A stretch of 64,000 nucleotides of DNA from positions 18,228,001 to 18,292,000 of the forward strand of contig NC_043005.1 in the NCBI RefSeq assembly GCF_006345805.1. The letters are read 5' to 3'. Position 1 is the stretch's first letter; each line of letters opens with the position of its first letter. This document shows, one piece after another, positions 25,656 to 39,574 of this stretch. The notes under the pieces are model-generated. The model ran no database searches. It had not been told where the DNA came from and saw only the letters and a list, made by a program, of their open reading frames with translations. The translations under genes and the position numbers were made by a program. This DNA is from Octopus sinensis (taxonomy: Eukaryota).

Positions 25656-26071
25656 GTGAGTTTGTTATGTGTTAGTGGAGGACAATCTTAGTATTGAAGA
25701 GCCTTATTAGTAATGAAAAGCTTGCTATGAAAAGCATGCAGTTTATAGCTTTATCAATATGTAAATTATCTGTACAATGGCTGTTATATCATCGAGATGT
25801 CATGTTGACTATTTTTGTTGGTGATTTTTTTTTATCGACATTATTACGAAAGGAAAATAGAGGCGTGTACTGCACATGACAGAAGTAGTAATAAAGTTGA
25901 GCATATATGTATAAATGGAGGTATGTCATGTACATATAGATACATACACAAATACACGTGTGTATATGAATATATACATGTATATATACATATATACATA
26001 TATATATATATTATATATACGTTTAAATATTTGTTAGCTAAACTGGCAATATGACCATTCCGAAATATAAC

Positions 26072-26112
<41 letters not shown>

Positions 26113-26210
26113 CATGTATAATTACATACACAAACACACACATCCACATACAGTCACTCACGTACATACACATACACGCGCGCACACACACACATACACA
26201 CACACACATC

Positions 26211-26243
<33 letters not shown>

Positions 26244-26339
26244 CTATATATATATATGTACGTATTTCTATATGCATCCGACTATTTCCTTTTTTTTGTT
26301 TTGCGAGGGTGGACCGTGCCTAATCAGTTTCGTATTTAT

Positions 26340-26409
26340 TTAGTAGTGTTAGCAGCAGTAGTAGCAGTAGCAACAGCAGCAGCTGCAGTAGAAGTAGTCG
26401 TAGTAGTAT

Positions 26410-26449
<40 letters not shown>

Positions 26450-26545
26450 GATGTTAGTAGTAGTAGTAGTAGTAGTAATTTCACTACCAGCAATAATGGC
26501 GTTTTCATAATTTATTATTATATATAATAATAATAATAATAACAA
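26340..26545. repeat. (GTA/GCA/TAA)n trinucleotide tract
   Basis: Direct reading. Confidence 0.9.
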
Positions 26546-26743
26546 CAATTACAAAGATGATTGACTGCTTGTTTGACCTTAATTAATCTCATCAGTAAAT
26601 AATTAAATTTGAAATTTGAAATGCATTTTTATTTATGGAAATCAGATAAATTTTTTTCAATTATTTTCCCAGGTTTCAGAACTAGAAGGCTACGTGTGTT
26701 TGTGTGTAAATGTATATTACAATATATATATATATATATCTAT

Positions 26744-26774
<31 letters not shown>

Positions 26775-26979
26775 CTATTTTATTCTAATGTCTCATATCG
26801 ATTTGCGTTGGTAACTTGAGTTTGTGCAATCTTATTATTCTACCATACATTCATGTATACAGACATATATGTGTGTATATGTGTGTGTGCGTATGTGCGT
26901 GTATATATATGTATATATATATGTTGCATCTCTCTTTCTGTCTTTCATATATATATACACATGTACGTATGTATGTATG

Positions 26980-27010
<31 letters not shown>

Positions 27011-27031
27011 ATATATATATATATAGATATG

Positions 27032-27095
<64 letters not shown>

Positions 27096-27779
27096 CTTTT
27101 TACAGATTAAGTATCATGTCATATTTGATTAAGTATTTTGAAGACGCACACAAAAAAAAACCCAGAAAGCTTGATAGGATAGACTTAAGTAGACGACGTG
27201 GCATTCACTTGGAAGATAATAAATACCTGTTATGAAAGAATCGTTAGAATGCGGGGGCAGGAGGGGCAAACTCATTGTTAGATCGAAGCAATTTTCCTGT
27301 TTTATACAATAATTTGCGAACAATAGTTTCTTTGGTTACGTGTTGCCTGTAGACCAATGTTTGGTTCTTTGAAACATTGATTTAACAAAAATATGTAGCA
27401 AAACTTTGGCAAAGGAAACAATTACTAAGTAAGAGAAAAAGTAAATATATGAATTTATTGAATGTTAAACTCAATAGTGCACTCCTTATAATCTGTCGAA
27501 CACTTTCTGTTATGTTATAATAAACTATTCTCTATAGCTTTTGTCTTAATAAATGTGTTTTAGTTGAACGTATACTTGTCTGCTTTGTGATTTGCATTTT
27601 GAATAATTTCAGACTTTGTGCAGAAATGCGTCTGCCTGTGTACGTATTTTTGCATATGTGTATGCATGCATGTATGTATGTATACATGTATGAATGAATG
27701 TATGTATATATTTATATATTCACAACGCAAACACACACACACACATATACAAATATATAGACTGGTAGGTTGATCGATA

Positions 27780-27860
27780 GCTACTTAGATAGATAGATAG
27801 TTAGATAGATACAAAGATAGATAGATAAAGAGATAGATAGATAGATAGATAGGTAGACAC

Positions 27861-27898
<38 letters not shown>

Positions 27899-27899
27899 C

Positions 27900-27968
<69 letters not shown>

Positions 27969-28009
27969 GTAGGTAGGTAGGTAGGTAGGTAGGTAGGTAG
28001 GTAGGTAGG

Positions 28010-28056
<47 letters not shown>

Positions 28057-28060
28057 ATGA
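27780..28060. repeat. (TAGA)n/(TAGG)n microsatellite
   Basis: Direct reading. Confidence 0.95.
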
Positions 28061-28299
28061 ATGAATGAATAAATAAATAAAAATATGTGAGTGCATGTGC
28101 TGAAAATTACATGACGACCATAGAGAAACGTTAGACGTGATTACATGCAAACCTGCAAAATGTATCCTGCTAGTGAATACTGAAGAATCACGTAACCATC
28201 ATAATATAAGTATTCTTCACTTCTTCGATCGATACTATAGAATACTTCTCACTGCATACTTCTCACACCAAATTCATCAGATCCTTTTTGTCACACTTG

Positions 28300-29470
28300 G
28301 CTGCAACCATGTGAAATGACACCCCACCTCTGATTCCAGCTTCCCAGAACGTGACATGTTCCCGCGTCATGAAATAGTCGAAATGATTATTAGAACCTTT
28401 GAAAGAATTGAAGTTCTTCATTTTAAGAAAATGTCTGTAGGGATCGAAATAAATAGTAATTCAAAGTTGTATGATCAGATGAGTACGGTGAGGGTGGTGA
28501 GGCATCTCTGACAAGCTGCTCCGATTTCTTCAAGATCTACAAGAATACATGAAATTCTAGCTTTGTTATGATGAAAGACGAAGCCCTTCCGATAGGCCAA
28601 TTCTGGATGTCTTCCATTCATTCCCTCTTATAATTGGTTTAACTGGATACAATAATTGCCTGGATTCAACGTCTTATTTTGAGGAAGGGTCTCGTAATAC
28701 ACAATGTCCTTCTATTTCCACCAGATGAGGAGTATTACCTTCTTTGGTTGCTGCCCAAATTCTGAAGGAATTAAAGATGGTCCATTTTATTTTATTTAGA
28801 ACGTTGTTCACTCCACATTACTGTAAACAATTCAATTTTCATCCTTGTGATCGTTCTTTCTTGAAAATGGGTTATTTTTCTTGCGTCAAAGCAAAGAATT
28901 GCAGATGATAAGAGCTGTCCATTACTTTTATTTATTCTTTTTTGTGTGTATGTTAAATCATGAAAAACCCAAACATCATATCTATTCAAAACCAATTGTT
29001 TTACACACCTTCTAAGGCTCTTATGAAAGTATGTGGTATATCTATGTAATGTTTCGTGTCTCGTGACATGGATTATTTTTTATTATCATTTCGATGTAGT
29101 CACCATCAATAACTGAAGGATTGCCGGAACATTCACGATTTTCCAGCTCAAAACTTCCACTGCTAAACTTGACGAAACACTGACGAAAAATCTTTTCGGA
29201 TATTGCAACATCTCCATAAAATAATCGTATCTTTTTTGCTGTTTTACAGCGGCTTTTCCTTTTGTGAAATAGTAGAGAACCACATTGCGAAAATGTATGT
29301 CATGGTCTTTTATTTTGGATTTTGACGCCAAAGCAATAGAGACAAACGATTCCCAGAGTAATCCAACAGAAAGACACGATGAAATGTGACCTTCCACAAA
29401 ATATATATATATGCCACGTGCTTCTGTTGTGTGAAAAACGAAATCACGTTTTTAAAAACCACAGATTGAA
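28300..29470 (-). mobile_element. Near full-length, heavily decayed Mos1-like mariner
   Basis: Collinear minus-strand pieces IHFRNVVLYYFTKGKAA, GDVAISEKIFRQCFVKFSSGSFELENRECSG, RYDVWVFHDLT, KVILLIWW, LPQNKTLN, RHPELAYRKGFVFHHNKAR. Confidence 0.8.
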
Positions 29471-29510
29471 AGACTGTCCGAACTGTTATCTGAAACACGC
29501 ACACACACAC

Positions 29511-29571
<61 letters not shown>

Positions 29572-31053
29572 TATATATATATATAAATATATATATATAT
29601 GCATACATGTGTGTATGTATATGTATGCATGTATGCATCTATGCGTGTATATACATGTATACATACGCACGCACTCATACACACTCACGCATGGACACAC
29701 ATATCCACTTTCTTTAATTACGAACCAACTGTCAGTTTATAATAGATTGTTCAACTCATGGCCTCAGCCGGATGGCTGAAACAAGTAAAAGAGTAAAAGA
29801 GTATTAGCGCAATCACCTGCACAGGTGAGGCGTTGGTCAAGAGCTGCGTGTTATGCTTGTTTATACAATCGCACATACGTAAAGAGCTAGAAAGAGGACT
29901 CTATTCTGGTTTACTTCCCTAATTCATAATATACACATCACTTCAAATGTTGCAAACAATTACCTCTTCTTAAGCAGCCTTTGTTGATGATATATAAAAG
30001 CCACGTATTATTGTGTCCGGTGGCGAGTAGGGGATATACTTACCTTGAAAATATCATTAATTTCATCAAACACTTCGATTGAAAATATGCATCGATACTG
30101 CTCTTCTCCGGTAATACATTTGAAACTATGGAAATCTAAAACGATTCTATCCGTGCAAAGAATTGTGTATGGAATGATATTCATCTCGTCTATAACTGTG
30201 AAGAGAAACTATATGGCGTCCAACACCAATGATTTAAGAAAGTGTAAACCGACTTACGAACCCCTTAAATCTAGGGACATGGTAGAATTAACTTGTCAGA
30301 GAAACTGTATATGCTAAAATGTCCGAGCAGACTTCCAATTTCTGCCCCCAGACGAACATTTCTTCTTGGAAATTTTAAACATGCCAAGCATGAACATAAA
30401 ATCAACCAACTGCTCTAACAAGGGTAAATAAGATCAAACGTGTCATTTGCCACGCGGATTCACCAACGAATGCTGGTAAAGCGAGGCGCTGTTACAACAC
30501 ATGCTCCCATATTTCTACTAATAATTACCAATCATGAAACTGGGATTATTCTACAGATTCAAGCCTGAATTATATTACAATATGTGACACTGTCTGCCAA
30601 ATTTGAGGATATATTACTAATGCACATATATTTCCGCAGCAACATCATTCGATATTGTAACAGCAACGGAAAAGAACTGACTACCATATATATAGTATAG
30701 GCGAGTAAATAGCATATGACATTTTATTCTCCACATAAACGATTCTGCAAATGCATCACCTTCCTAATATATTTTAATATTGAGGCAGAAAATAGCTATT
30801 AAAATATTTCTGAGACAAATACACATCCGACATTTAATCTAATATAGAGTATTGGAATTACATTCATAATTCATAAGTTCAACTAACGAAAAATTAATAT
30901 TTCAAGTGATTTAATTTTGCAATAAATTTCTGTTACGTAAAAACGAATTAAATACAGAAAATTATAAATGAAGCACCAGTCGCAGTTTTATTTCTTTTGT
31001 ATTACTGCTGAATTTTTGATTACTTTGCACACAAATGCGAGCACAAATGCATA

Positions 31054-31107
<54 letters not shown>

Positions 31108-31759
31108 TATATATGCATATATATATATATGCATATATATATGCATATATATATACATATATATATGCATATATATATATATAATATATATGCATAAATA
31201 TATATATATATATATATACATGTCTATATAGGTTTGTGCGTGTATAAGTAAGTATACATTATATATATATATATATATATATAGTTATATATGTAAGTAT
31301 ATGAGGGAAGTGTATACGAGGGACGTTGTCGCATATTTAAGCTAGAATATATTGAGTATATTTCGGAAGTAGTTTATGCAAGCTAAATGAATAAAAAAAC
31401 CATACAAACGCTTTTCTAAACGATTTTGATCACTCACACATTTCATTATAAATTGCAAACATAGCTCGTATTTAGACATTAAATGTGCCCTCTTTTTTGT
31501 TACAAACGTTCATAGAAGATTTCAAATATTTCCAGGAATCCATATTACTGTTAAATTCGATACGAAACCATCCTATCTTCTTCAAGTGTTGAACTTTCAA
31601 GAGATCAAAATGAAATCTTGACGGGTTTTTTACCGCTCTCCTATCTACACACTACTTCACGTCTCACCGAAAGAATGTGCGCGCACACACACACACAAAC
31701 ATATATGAATACATAAATACATACATACATACATACATACTTACATACATACATACATG

Positions 31760-31790
<31 letters not shown>

Positions 31791-31791
31791 C

Positions 31792-31838
<47 letters not shown>

Positions 31839-32028
31839 GAGAGAGAGAGAGAGAGAGAGATACATACATACATATATATACATACATACATATATATATA
31901 TAATAATAAATCTCTGAGCGAGGTATAAACAGTAACTAACCCTTAAGGGTGGATGCTACTGTAGCTTTTAACACTATTTGGAGGTGAGTGACTTTTCGTC
32001 ACGGGAAAAAGGATATATATATATATCT

Positions 32029-32143
32029 GAATGAAACAGTTCTAGTCCTGTAGAAGCTCCTTCTATAAAATAAATTACTTTACTCTGCAATGTATTGAGT
32101 ACCTTATTTACTGTGGTTAACCCCGACTCAACCCGGGACCTAC
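32029..32143 (+). mobile_element. Short Penelope-type repeat fragment starting inside a hammerhead-like motif
   Basis: gaatgaaacagttctagtcctgtagaagctcc...aacccgggacctac is nearly the reverse complement of 43367-43481. Confidence 0.65.
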
Positions 32144-32209
32144 ACACACATATATATATATATATATATATGCATTGGGAACCACTTCACATCGACAACC
32201 GGTGATTTT

Positions 32210-32254
32210 CATATGCTGATGACGGGTCAATACCCAGAAACTCGGGTCCGTATG
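32210..32254 (+). ncRNA. Minimal type-I hammerhead ribozyme
   Basis: Stem I CAUAUG/CGUAUG (6 bp, one GU); CUGAUGA; stem II C-GGGU(CAAU)ACCC-A; GAAA; stem III ACUCGGGU self-complementary with wobbles; GUC with predicted cut after 32248. Confidence 0.75.
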
Positions 32255-32448
32255 TATCATGTCAGGTTGGAGATGGGAAGGATGGCTTCCCTTTGCAAAT
32301 ACTGATAGGGCACAGGTGTTTTAGGTGTCCATCTTATACTGAATAGACACAAACATTATCTCGGTCACTCCGTCTTCCCATCTTTGATGCAGTGGAACAT
32401 TGTGATGTAGAAATAGATGGGTGTATATATATTATATATATATATATT

Positions 32449-32481
<33 letters not shown>

Positions 32482-32544
32482 TACATATATATATATATGT
32501 ATGTGTGTATGTACGTATACACACACACAACATATATAGATAAT

Positions 32545-32804
32545 TATAACAATAAGGGTTTTTGCAACAAGTTGCTTGACCCCATACCGAAAATTTTAGA
32601 AATAGCAGCCAAAGGACTACTATTTCCTTTTTCTACAAAACTATGTCTCCAGAGACAACAATATCTGTAACTCAGATATTGCAAATATTGTTGTCTGTGG
32701 AGACATATTTTTGTAGAAAAAGAAAATAGTAGTTCTTTGGCTTCTATTTCTAAAATTTGTGGTATGTGGTCAAGCAACTTGTTGCAAAAACCTTTATTGT
32801 TATA
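32545..32804. mobile_element. Foldback/MITE-like palindrome (arms about 120 bp)
   Basis: tataacaataagggtttttgcaacaagttgcttgacc...ggtcaagcaacttgttgcaaaaacctttattgttata. Confidence 0.8.
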
Positions 32805-32919
32805 AGTTTTTACTGAATATGGTCCTTTTCCATACCGAAATACTACAAGGTGAAATTTGTTGATTTTGTTAAATTAATTATATTCCACCCTATATCTATC
32901 TATCTATCTATCTATCTAT

Positions 32920-32971
<52 letters not shown>

Positions 32972-32976
32972 GCTAG

Positions 32977-33044
<68 letters not shown>

Positions 33045-33131
33045 GAGTAAATGTAAGGAAAGCAAGTTAGGAGTCGATATTCAAAATGTATACATATACA
33101 TATGTATGCATATAAAGAAGTCCGACTGACA

Positions 33132-33634
33132 ATGAAAGCCAACAAGATAATAATCGTAAAAATAAAGGCAAAAACAAGAAATTGAATTTTATGTAATTTT
33201 ACTTTCTGACGTCAGAGACTACCCTGAGGCTCATAGACTTAAATTATTTAGTTTACATAAAAGATATCAGGAGTTAATGGGTTTGTGTAAGAGTTTTAAG
33301 AATCCAGCAGCTGTTTCTGGTGGCTTGGTGGTCCAAAATAATGATTGAAACTTGATTCCATCATCAGATACCACCAGCCTCCGTCTTCAGGAAAAAAATT
33401 ACAATGGATGTGTTAACAGAATGAAGTTTAATTCCAAATATCATTTATATTCTGTGTAAGTCAGAATTTTTTATATGCATACAAATGTACAGTCTTTGTA
33501 TAAAATGTATTTAATATTTTTGTATATCGACTTGACTAATCTGCTTGTCCTTACATTTACTCCTCTACCAGCTTAAGTTCAAATCTCTTGAGCATTATCA
33601 AGTGTATTGTATACAGAAAATACCTTCCTCTAAC

Positions 33635-33706
<72 letters not shown>

Positions 33707-34219
33707 TATTTAATTGAACGTGACGCTTCCATTCCCGAGTAAGTTTATCTTCACCCATTTATTATGCGTCTCTCTCCTCCGTATTACTTTCTTCTTCTCG
33801 TCTTTGCTTCCTTCTTCCTCTATCCTTCTCCAATTCCCCTTCTCCCGCTCTCTCCTTCAAAGTTGTATATCTGTCTCCCCCCTCTCTCTCTCGTTGCTCA
33901 CATATGACCATCGTCCATCCTTCTTTTCTTCACGTGGCCATCTTTCTTTTCTTGCTCAGACATCCAAACGACTGTACGTTTCTCTCTATCTTCTTTCTTT
34001 TCTCTTTTCAAAACAATGTCTCTCCCAGCGTTTTCTATTCTCCTTTCGTTCCAGTCTAACGATCCTCCATGTTCGTCCCCGTTTGGTTTCATTGCATGTC
34101 TCCACTGTTATATTTGACCCTTCGTAAATATTAAATATTATTTCAGAATTTATAGGAGCTACTGTCTTTGAAGACTCATACTGTTGTTTGAATGCTCGAA
34201 ATGTGAAATATGTGTGTAT

Positions 34220-34268
<49 letters not shown>

Positions 34269-34285
34269 TATATATATAATATATA

Positions 34286-34326
<41 letters not shown>

Positions 34327-34566
34327 TAGACGTCTGTATGTGTGTGTGTGTATCTGTATATTCACGCATATGTGCCCTCAAACTATTCGTAGCCATAAAA
34401 ATATCATCACATAATTCGCGCACAAACTATTTCTATACTATGAAAGCCAACATGAAATTAATCGTAAAAATAAAGGTAAAAACATGAAATTGATTTTTAT
34501 GTGATTTCACTTTCTGACGTCAGAGACTACCCCGAGGCTCATAAGCTTAAATTATTTAGTTTACAT
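33132..34566 (+). repeat. About 127-bp direct repeats at 33132-33258 and 34440-34566
   Basis: atgaaagccaaca...ttctgacgtcagagactaccc(t/c)gaggctcat...aaattatttagtttacat twice. Confidence 0.8.
33303..33393 (-). ncRNA. Type-I hammerhead with long stem II; cleavage triplet mutated to GCU
   Basis: Minus strand UUC CUGAAGA C-GGAGGCUGGUGGU...ACCACCAAGCCACC-A GAAAC AGCU GCU GGA. Confidence 0.6.
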
Positions 34567-35214
34567 GAGTTTTGCTATCAATCAACAGTCTTAGTAGGTA
34601 TTCACAATGTTTGTGCCACAATTCTCTGCAGGATCTGAATGCCTTCTAGTTATTCGGGGGTGGAAAAAGGAAATTACAAATTTGTTCATGATGTTTACTT
34701 TTTTAGATAGACAACGTAATTAATGCTAAGACACATTAGAAGGCGACATTCTTGAAATTAAAACGATTGAGGAATGACACACTAGAAGAGAACAACACGC
34801 TGCAGTTCCCCTTGCCGATATACACAAATTTTTGAATGCCTGTAGAAGCATTAGATATTTCATCAAAATTCATACATATTAGCACCCTTATAGACAAGAA
34901 TAATGTTATGAAGATAACCTATGGGTATACGGTTAACAATAATTTTGTTGAAAATTTTGTTCGTTATCTGAAGGGAAATGTAAATAATGTAACTTATTAA
35001 CTACTTCTATAGCTAAACAATTAAACACATGTTATATATTTAGCATATAAGCACAGGAAGGTCTGAGTGGTTATGAAGTTCCCTTTATAACCACGTGATA
35101 TCTGGTTCAGTCCCACAGTGCACTGCATTGAGCACATAGTTTCTACTAGATACTTGAGTTGACCAACGCCTTGTAAGTGAATTTGATACACGGAAACTGC
35201 ACGATAATCCATCT

Positions 35215-35332
<118 letters not shown>

Positions 35333-35402
35333 TACACATATATACATACAGAGAGTAACAGAGAGAGAGAGATAAAGAGAAACATAGAGAGCGAGGTAAT
35401 TA

Positions 35403-35628
35403 TATTCTTTTACTCGTTTACTTGTTTCAGTCATTTCAATGTGGCCATGCTGAAGCATTGCTTTCAGTCGAGCAAATCAACCCCAGGACTTATGCTTTGT
35501 AACCCTCTTACTATTTCTATCGGTCTTTTTTGCGGAACCGCTAAGTTACGGGGACGTAAACACACCAGCATCGGTTGTCAAGCGATGTTGGGGGGACAAA
35601 CACAGACACACAAAAATATATGCGCGCG

Positions 35629-35676
<48 letters not shown>

Positions 35677-35816
35677 CAACTGGCTTCTTTCGGTTTCTGT
35701 CTACCACATCCACTCACAAGGCTTTGGTCGGCCCGAGGCTATAGTAGAAGACACTTGGAAACGGTGCCACGCAGTGGGACTGAAATCGGAATCATGTGGT
35801 TCGTAAGCAAGCTACT
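35403..35816 (-). mobile_element. SINE family C, near full length
   Basis: Collinear with 58632-59054. Confidence 0.85.
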
Positions 35817-35899
35817 TTATTTCATGGATTTGACCATGAAGGTCGAACACAGATAAAGGTAGCTGCGGACTGGACAGAGACATTAATGTATATGAAAAA

Positions 35900-38010
35900 T
35901 GGGAGGAGCACCGGTGCCCGCCGACCGGCAACCCCTCAAAATCACTCTTCAGTTTAAATCAATATAAATCGAAATTATAATCACAAAAATTCAAAAATTA
36001 CAAAAATATATTTTTCAGTATTCTTCGTCTTCCTCATCCGAGCCCCTAAGTAAGTTCTCTGCAGAGAACCCTGCATCGGCAGACCCGGACCGAGGAAAAC
36101 AAAATATTCTTTGTTACAGGTCTTCCTGACCTCAATCAGTTCTCTCTGATTTATGACCTCCGCAGCCACCTTCGGAGGACAACTTGGACAGTCTATACAG
36201 GTCGAGTCATATCGCTTTCGGTGTAGAAGATTGTCGAAGTATAACTTAACAGGCCCTCTCTTGAGAGAGAAAATGACAACCTCTTCCTCACAGAGAGAGG
36301 TCTCAGCCTGCTCTGTCAGTGCCATAGTTCCCACTGACTGAGCCTCTCGCTCCGGTGGCACATTTCCCACCGGAGGAACATTGGGTTCGGTCGGCGGCAC
36401 AGCGACATTCGCTGACCGTCTCCCATTTCTCTTCTTTCTCTTTTTTCTTCTTCGTTCGGCGCACCTCAAGAGTTCTTCTCCTCTCCCGCAACCTGCAGGT
36501 CTCTTAGTGAGAAACGTCACCTTTCTCTTCCTTCTCGTTGAGGTCGATACCTCAATGACTTCCGTTTCTCCTTGCAATGGGAGAACGGAGGGCACCATCC
36601 ACTTTTCCCGCCCCGGAGCCTTAGCACGGCCCCGGGGGTAGTCCTGCTTCATATGTCCTGACTCCCGGGGCGACCCTAAAAAATCACTGGATACCTGGAG
36701 CCAGCCATCCTCAAAAAGTTGGAGGTCATTTTGCCTGCGGACACTGGGGTACACAGGATCAAAGTTGCCTTTGCACCCTTCCAGTTGACCACAGGCGTCA
36801 CTCTTACATTTAAGGGCCTGCGCCCGCTACCCCCCCCCCCCGGCCCCGTTGGACGGTATCTCCTATCCAACCTGCCTCTATGCCCGGGGGTAGCCCACAT
36901 ACCCAGGTTCTTATCACCTTCCTCCGGCAGTACGACGGAGGGAACAACATTTCCTTGCCCTCCAAAGGCTGACTTGCAAAATTGCAAGCCTCTTACGTGG
37001 TGTCAAACAGCAACCACGCCGTTGCATGCCTGACACCCCGGGATATATATTTTACAGGGGACAAAGTCTTTTAATTCTTTTTCAATGATTTGTTTTGGGA
37101 AGACGGTGATGGTATCAAGAACTTTAGAGTAAGTTCTAACCACCACCGTCCCCTCCTCCATATCTTTTAACCACTGCTTGGGTAGGACAATCTGCCACTC
37201 CAAAGCAGTGATCTTATTTTTTATCATTTTATCTGCCATGTCGATATAATACAGTTCAAACAAGGAAAGAAGTCAATCAACCAAAAACAACAAAAAAGTC
37301 TTGAACACAATAAAAATAAAAGCACAGTCCACCTAAAATTGGTAGCAATAAAATACTAGTCCAACTAAAATTGTTTAGCAAAAGGAAAAAAAAGACAGCG
37401 GTTCAGAAAAATAAATAAATTTTGTACAATTCTCCACGGCAGAAAATACAATTTTCGGGCTACATGGCACTTCCAGCTATCTTGCAGCCTACAAATCTCT
37501 TGATAATCCTCCTGGTAAAGTACTTCCAACGTTTCCTGGTTGAAAATCACGCACAGCTTGCAAGCACCAATTTTCTCCAAACTATCGGTAATGAAGATAT
37601 TCTCCTTGAAGTTCTTCACTTGCTTGTTAACAAGAAAAATTACAACACCGCCTAGAGTGAGTGAAAATGCCCCAGAGCTGGGCAGAATATACAGTAATAA
37701 AAATAAAACACACAATAATTCTACCCAGCTCAAAAAAAAAAGCAAAATCGCTCACTCTGACGGCGACCTTTTTCGTAATCCAAACTGGTAATCTACAAAT
37801 GGTAAAGACAATTCTCACAGCCAACAAATTTTTGCGGAGGGGATACGCCTCCTCAAAAACACAATTCTCACTGCAAAGTGAGACTTTGCGCACAACCACA
37901 GGCAGGCAAATGTATGGAGCAGAGTGGAGACTGTTGCTTAACAAAAATTATTAAGAACAGAACAAGAAAACTCCACCAAGCCCCCTCTCCACCATCAAAT
38001 AAAACAAACA
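35900..38010 (-). mobile_element. 5' part (leader + disrupted ORF1) of an L1/Tx1-like LINE; no ORF2 seen
   Basis: GC-richer block; MADKMIKNKITALEWQIVLPKQ...TITVFPKQIIEKEL, knuckle-like remnant GHMKQDYP, basic RRRKKRKKR tract; family assignment inferred. Confidence 0.5.
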
Positions 38011-38133
38011 CCTACCTGTAATCGAGCTTTAAACGATCAATATTTCACGTCGAAATCAAGTAGGATGGAAATGCGAACTCTTCTTTCAAGTAAGATGAGC
38101 AAGCTACTTACCATAGAACCACTCCTACGCCTA

Positions 38134-38310
38134 TAGATATAATTATAGTTAAGGGTTGTGAGAAACAGCACCTACATGCTAGAAATAGGCGTCAAATGAC
38201 TCTAAATCCACATCATATTTATATTCTATTAGCACAGGTTGAAAGTGGGGTAAATGAATAAAAAAAGATTTGGCAAAATTTTCAAGGTTAATTCTAGATC
38301 GGATGATTTC
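38134..38310 (+). mobile_element. Partial copy of the MITE at 38656 (left TIR only)
   Basis: tagatataattatagttaaggg..gagaaacagcacctaca.gctagaaatag. Confidence 0.7.
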
Positions 38311-38655
38311 TGGTTTAGTAATATAAAAATTACCAGTAGAATATACCAAAACGTACATAAATGTCAGAATATATAGGTACCCATACAAATACATACATAT
38401 ATTCACACGTGTATACGAAGCAAATGCCATTATTCATCTCAACCACGCGCGTATTTGATCAAAATAATATCGCAGTGAATATAATAATCGGAGTGAATAA
38501 ATATAATATATGTTTGTGCATGTGTGTGTGTGTGTCTGTGTCTCTGTGTGTATACTTAATTAAGCGTAAGATCATTATAAAAATAACGATCTTATCGGTA
38601 GCCAGCATGTAATAAAAAGCATACAGGTAAGAATTAATATAGATGTATAATTATA

Positions 38656-38887
38656 TAGATACAATTGTAGTTAAGGATACTGAGAAACAGCACCTACACG
38701 CTAGAAATAGACGTAAAATAACTCTAAAACCGCATCATTTTGTTTTTGTACACTCCATTAGCAAAGGTTGAAAGCGAGGTAAATGAATAAAAAATGTTTC
38801 GGCAAAATTTTTAAGGTTAATTCTATATCGAACGGTTTCCGGTTCGTTGGTGCTGTTTCTCAGTACCCTTAACTATAATTATATCTA
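38656..38887. mobile_element. 232-bp MITE with 39-bp TIRs
   Basis: Arms 38656-38694 and 38849-38887 match at 36 of 39 positions. Confidence 0.8.
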
Positions 38888-39045
38888 TATAACTATATAT
38901 CTATATTAATTCTTAACCATATGGTTTTTATTGCTTGCTGGACACTGATAAGATTGCCATATTTATAATGATGTTATCCTTAATAGTGTATACACACACC
39001 TGCACACACACATACACAATACATACATAAATATATGTGTGTGCA

Positions 39046-39107
39046 TGTATGTATGTATATATGTATGTATGTATGTATGTATATATGTATGTATATATGT
39101 ATGTATG

Positions 39108-39141
<34 letters not shown>

Positions 39142-39262
39142 TGTATGTATGTATGTATGTATGTATGTATGTATGTATGTATGTATGTATGCATGTATGT
39201 ATGTATGTATGTATGTATGTATGTATGTATGTATGTATGCATGTATGCATGTATGTATGTAC
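39046..39262. repeat. (ATGT)n tract
   Basis: Direct reading. Confidence 0.95.
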
Positions 39263-39574
39263 ACATGTGTGTTTGTGTATGTTTGTCTGCTCCCCACCAC
39301 TTGAAAGACGGTCTTCTTTTTTCTACCTCCCTGTATCTTATCGGTTCGGCAAAAGAACCGATAGAATAGATTTCTACTAATAAAAACCTCCAAAGCAATG
39401 TAACAGCACGTTTCAGTCCAATGATTGACGCATGCGAAAAAGAAAGAAAAAATGAAATTAACTTCTTAGCCAATACTTTACTTTTGTTACTATTGAATCG
39501 GTTTTCACTATTTGTTTAAAATTTTACTTTGGTTTACAAACTTTCCTAAATTCCTTCTTCTTCTATGTGTTTTC

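Noticed and set aside
35981-36754. 257-aa ORF as a host gene
   Set aside because: Better explained as the distal part of a disrupted LINE ORF1; its start is internal to upstream broken frames.
35900-38010. Twin-primed (5'-inverted) LINE insertion
   Set aside because: 37360-38010 shows no ORF2 or 3'-end features on the plus strand; simpler as a minus-strand 5' leader.
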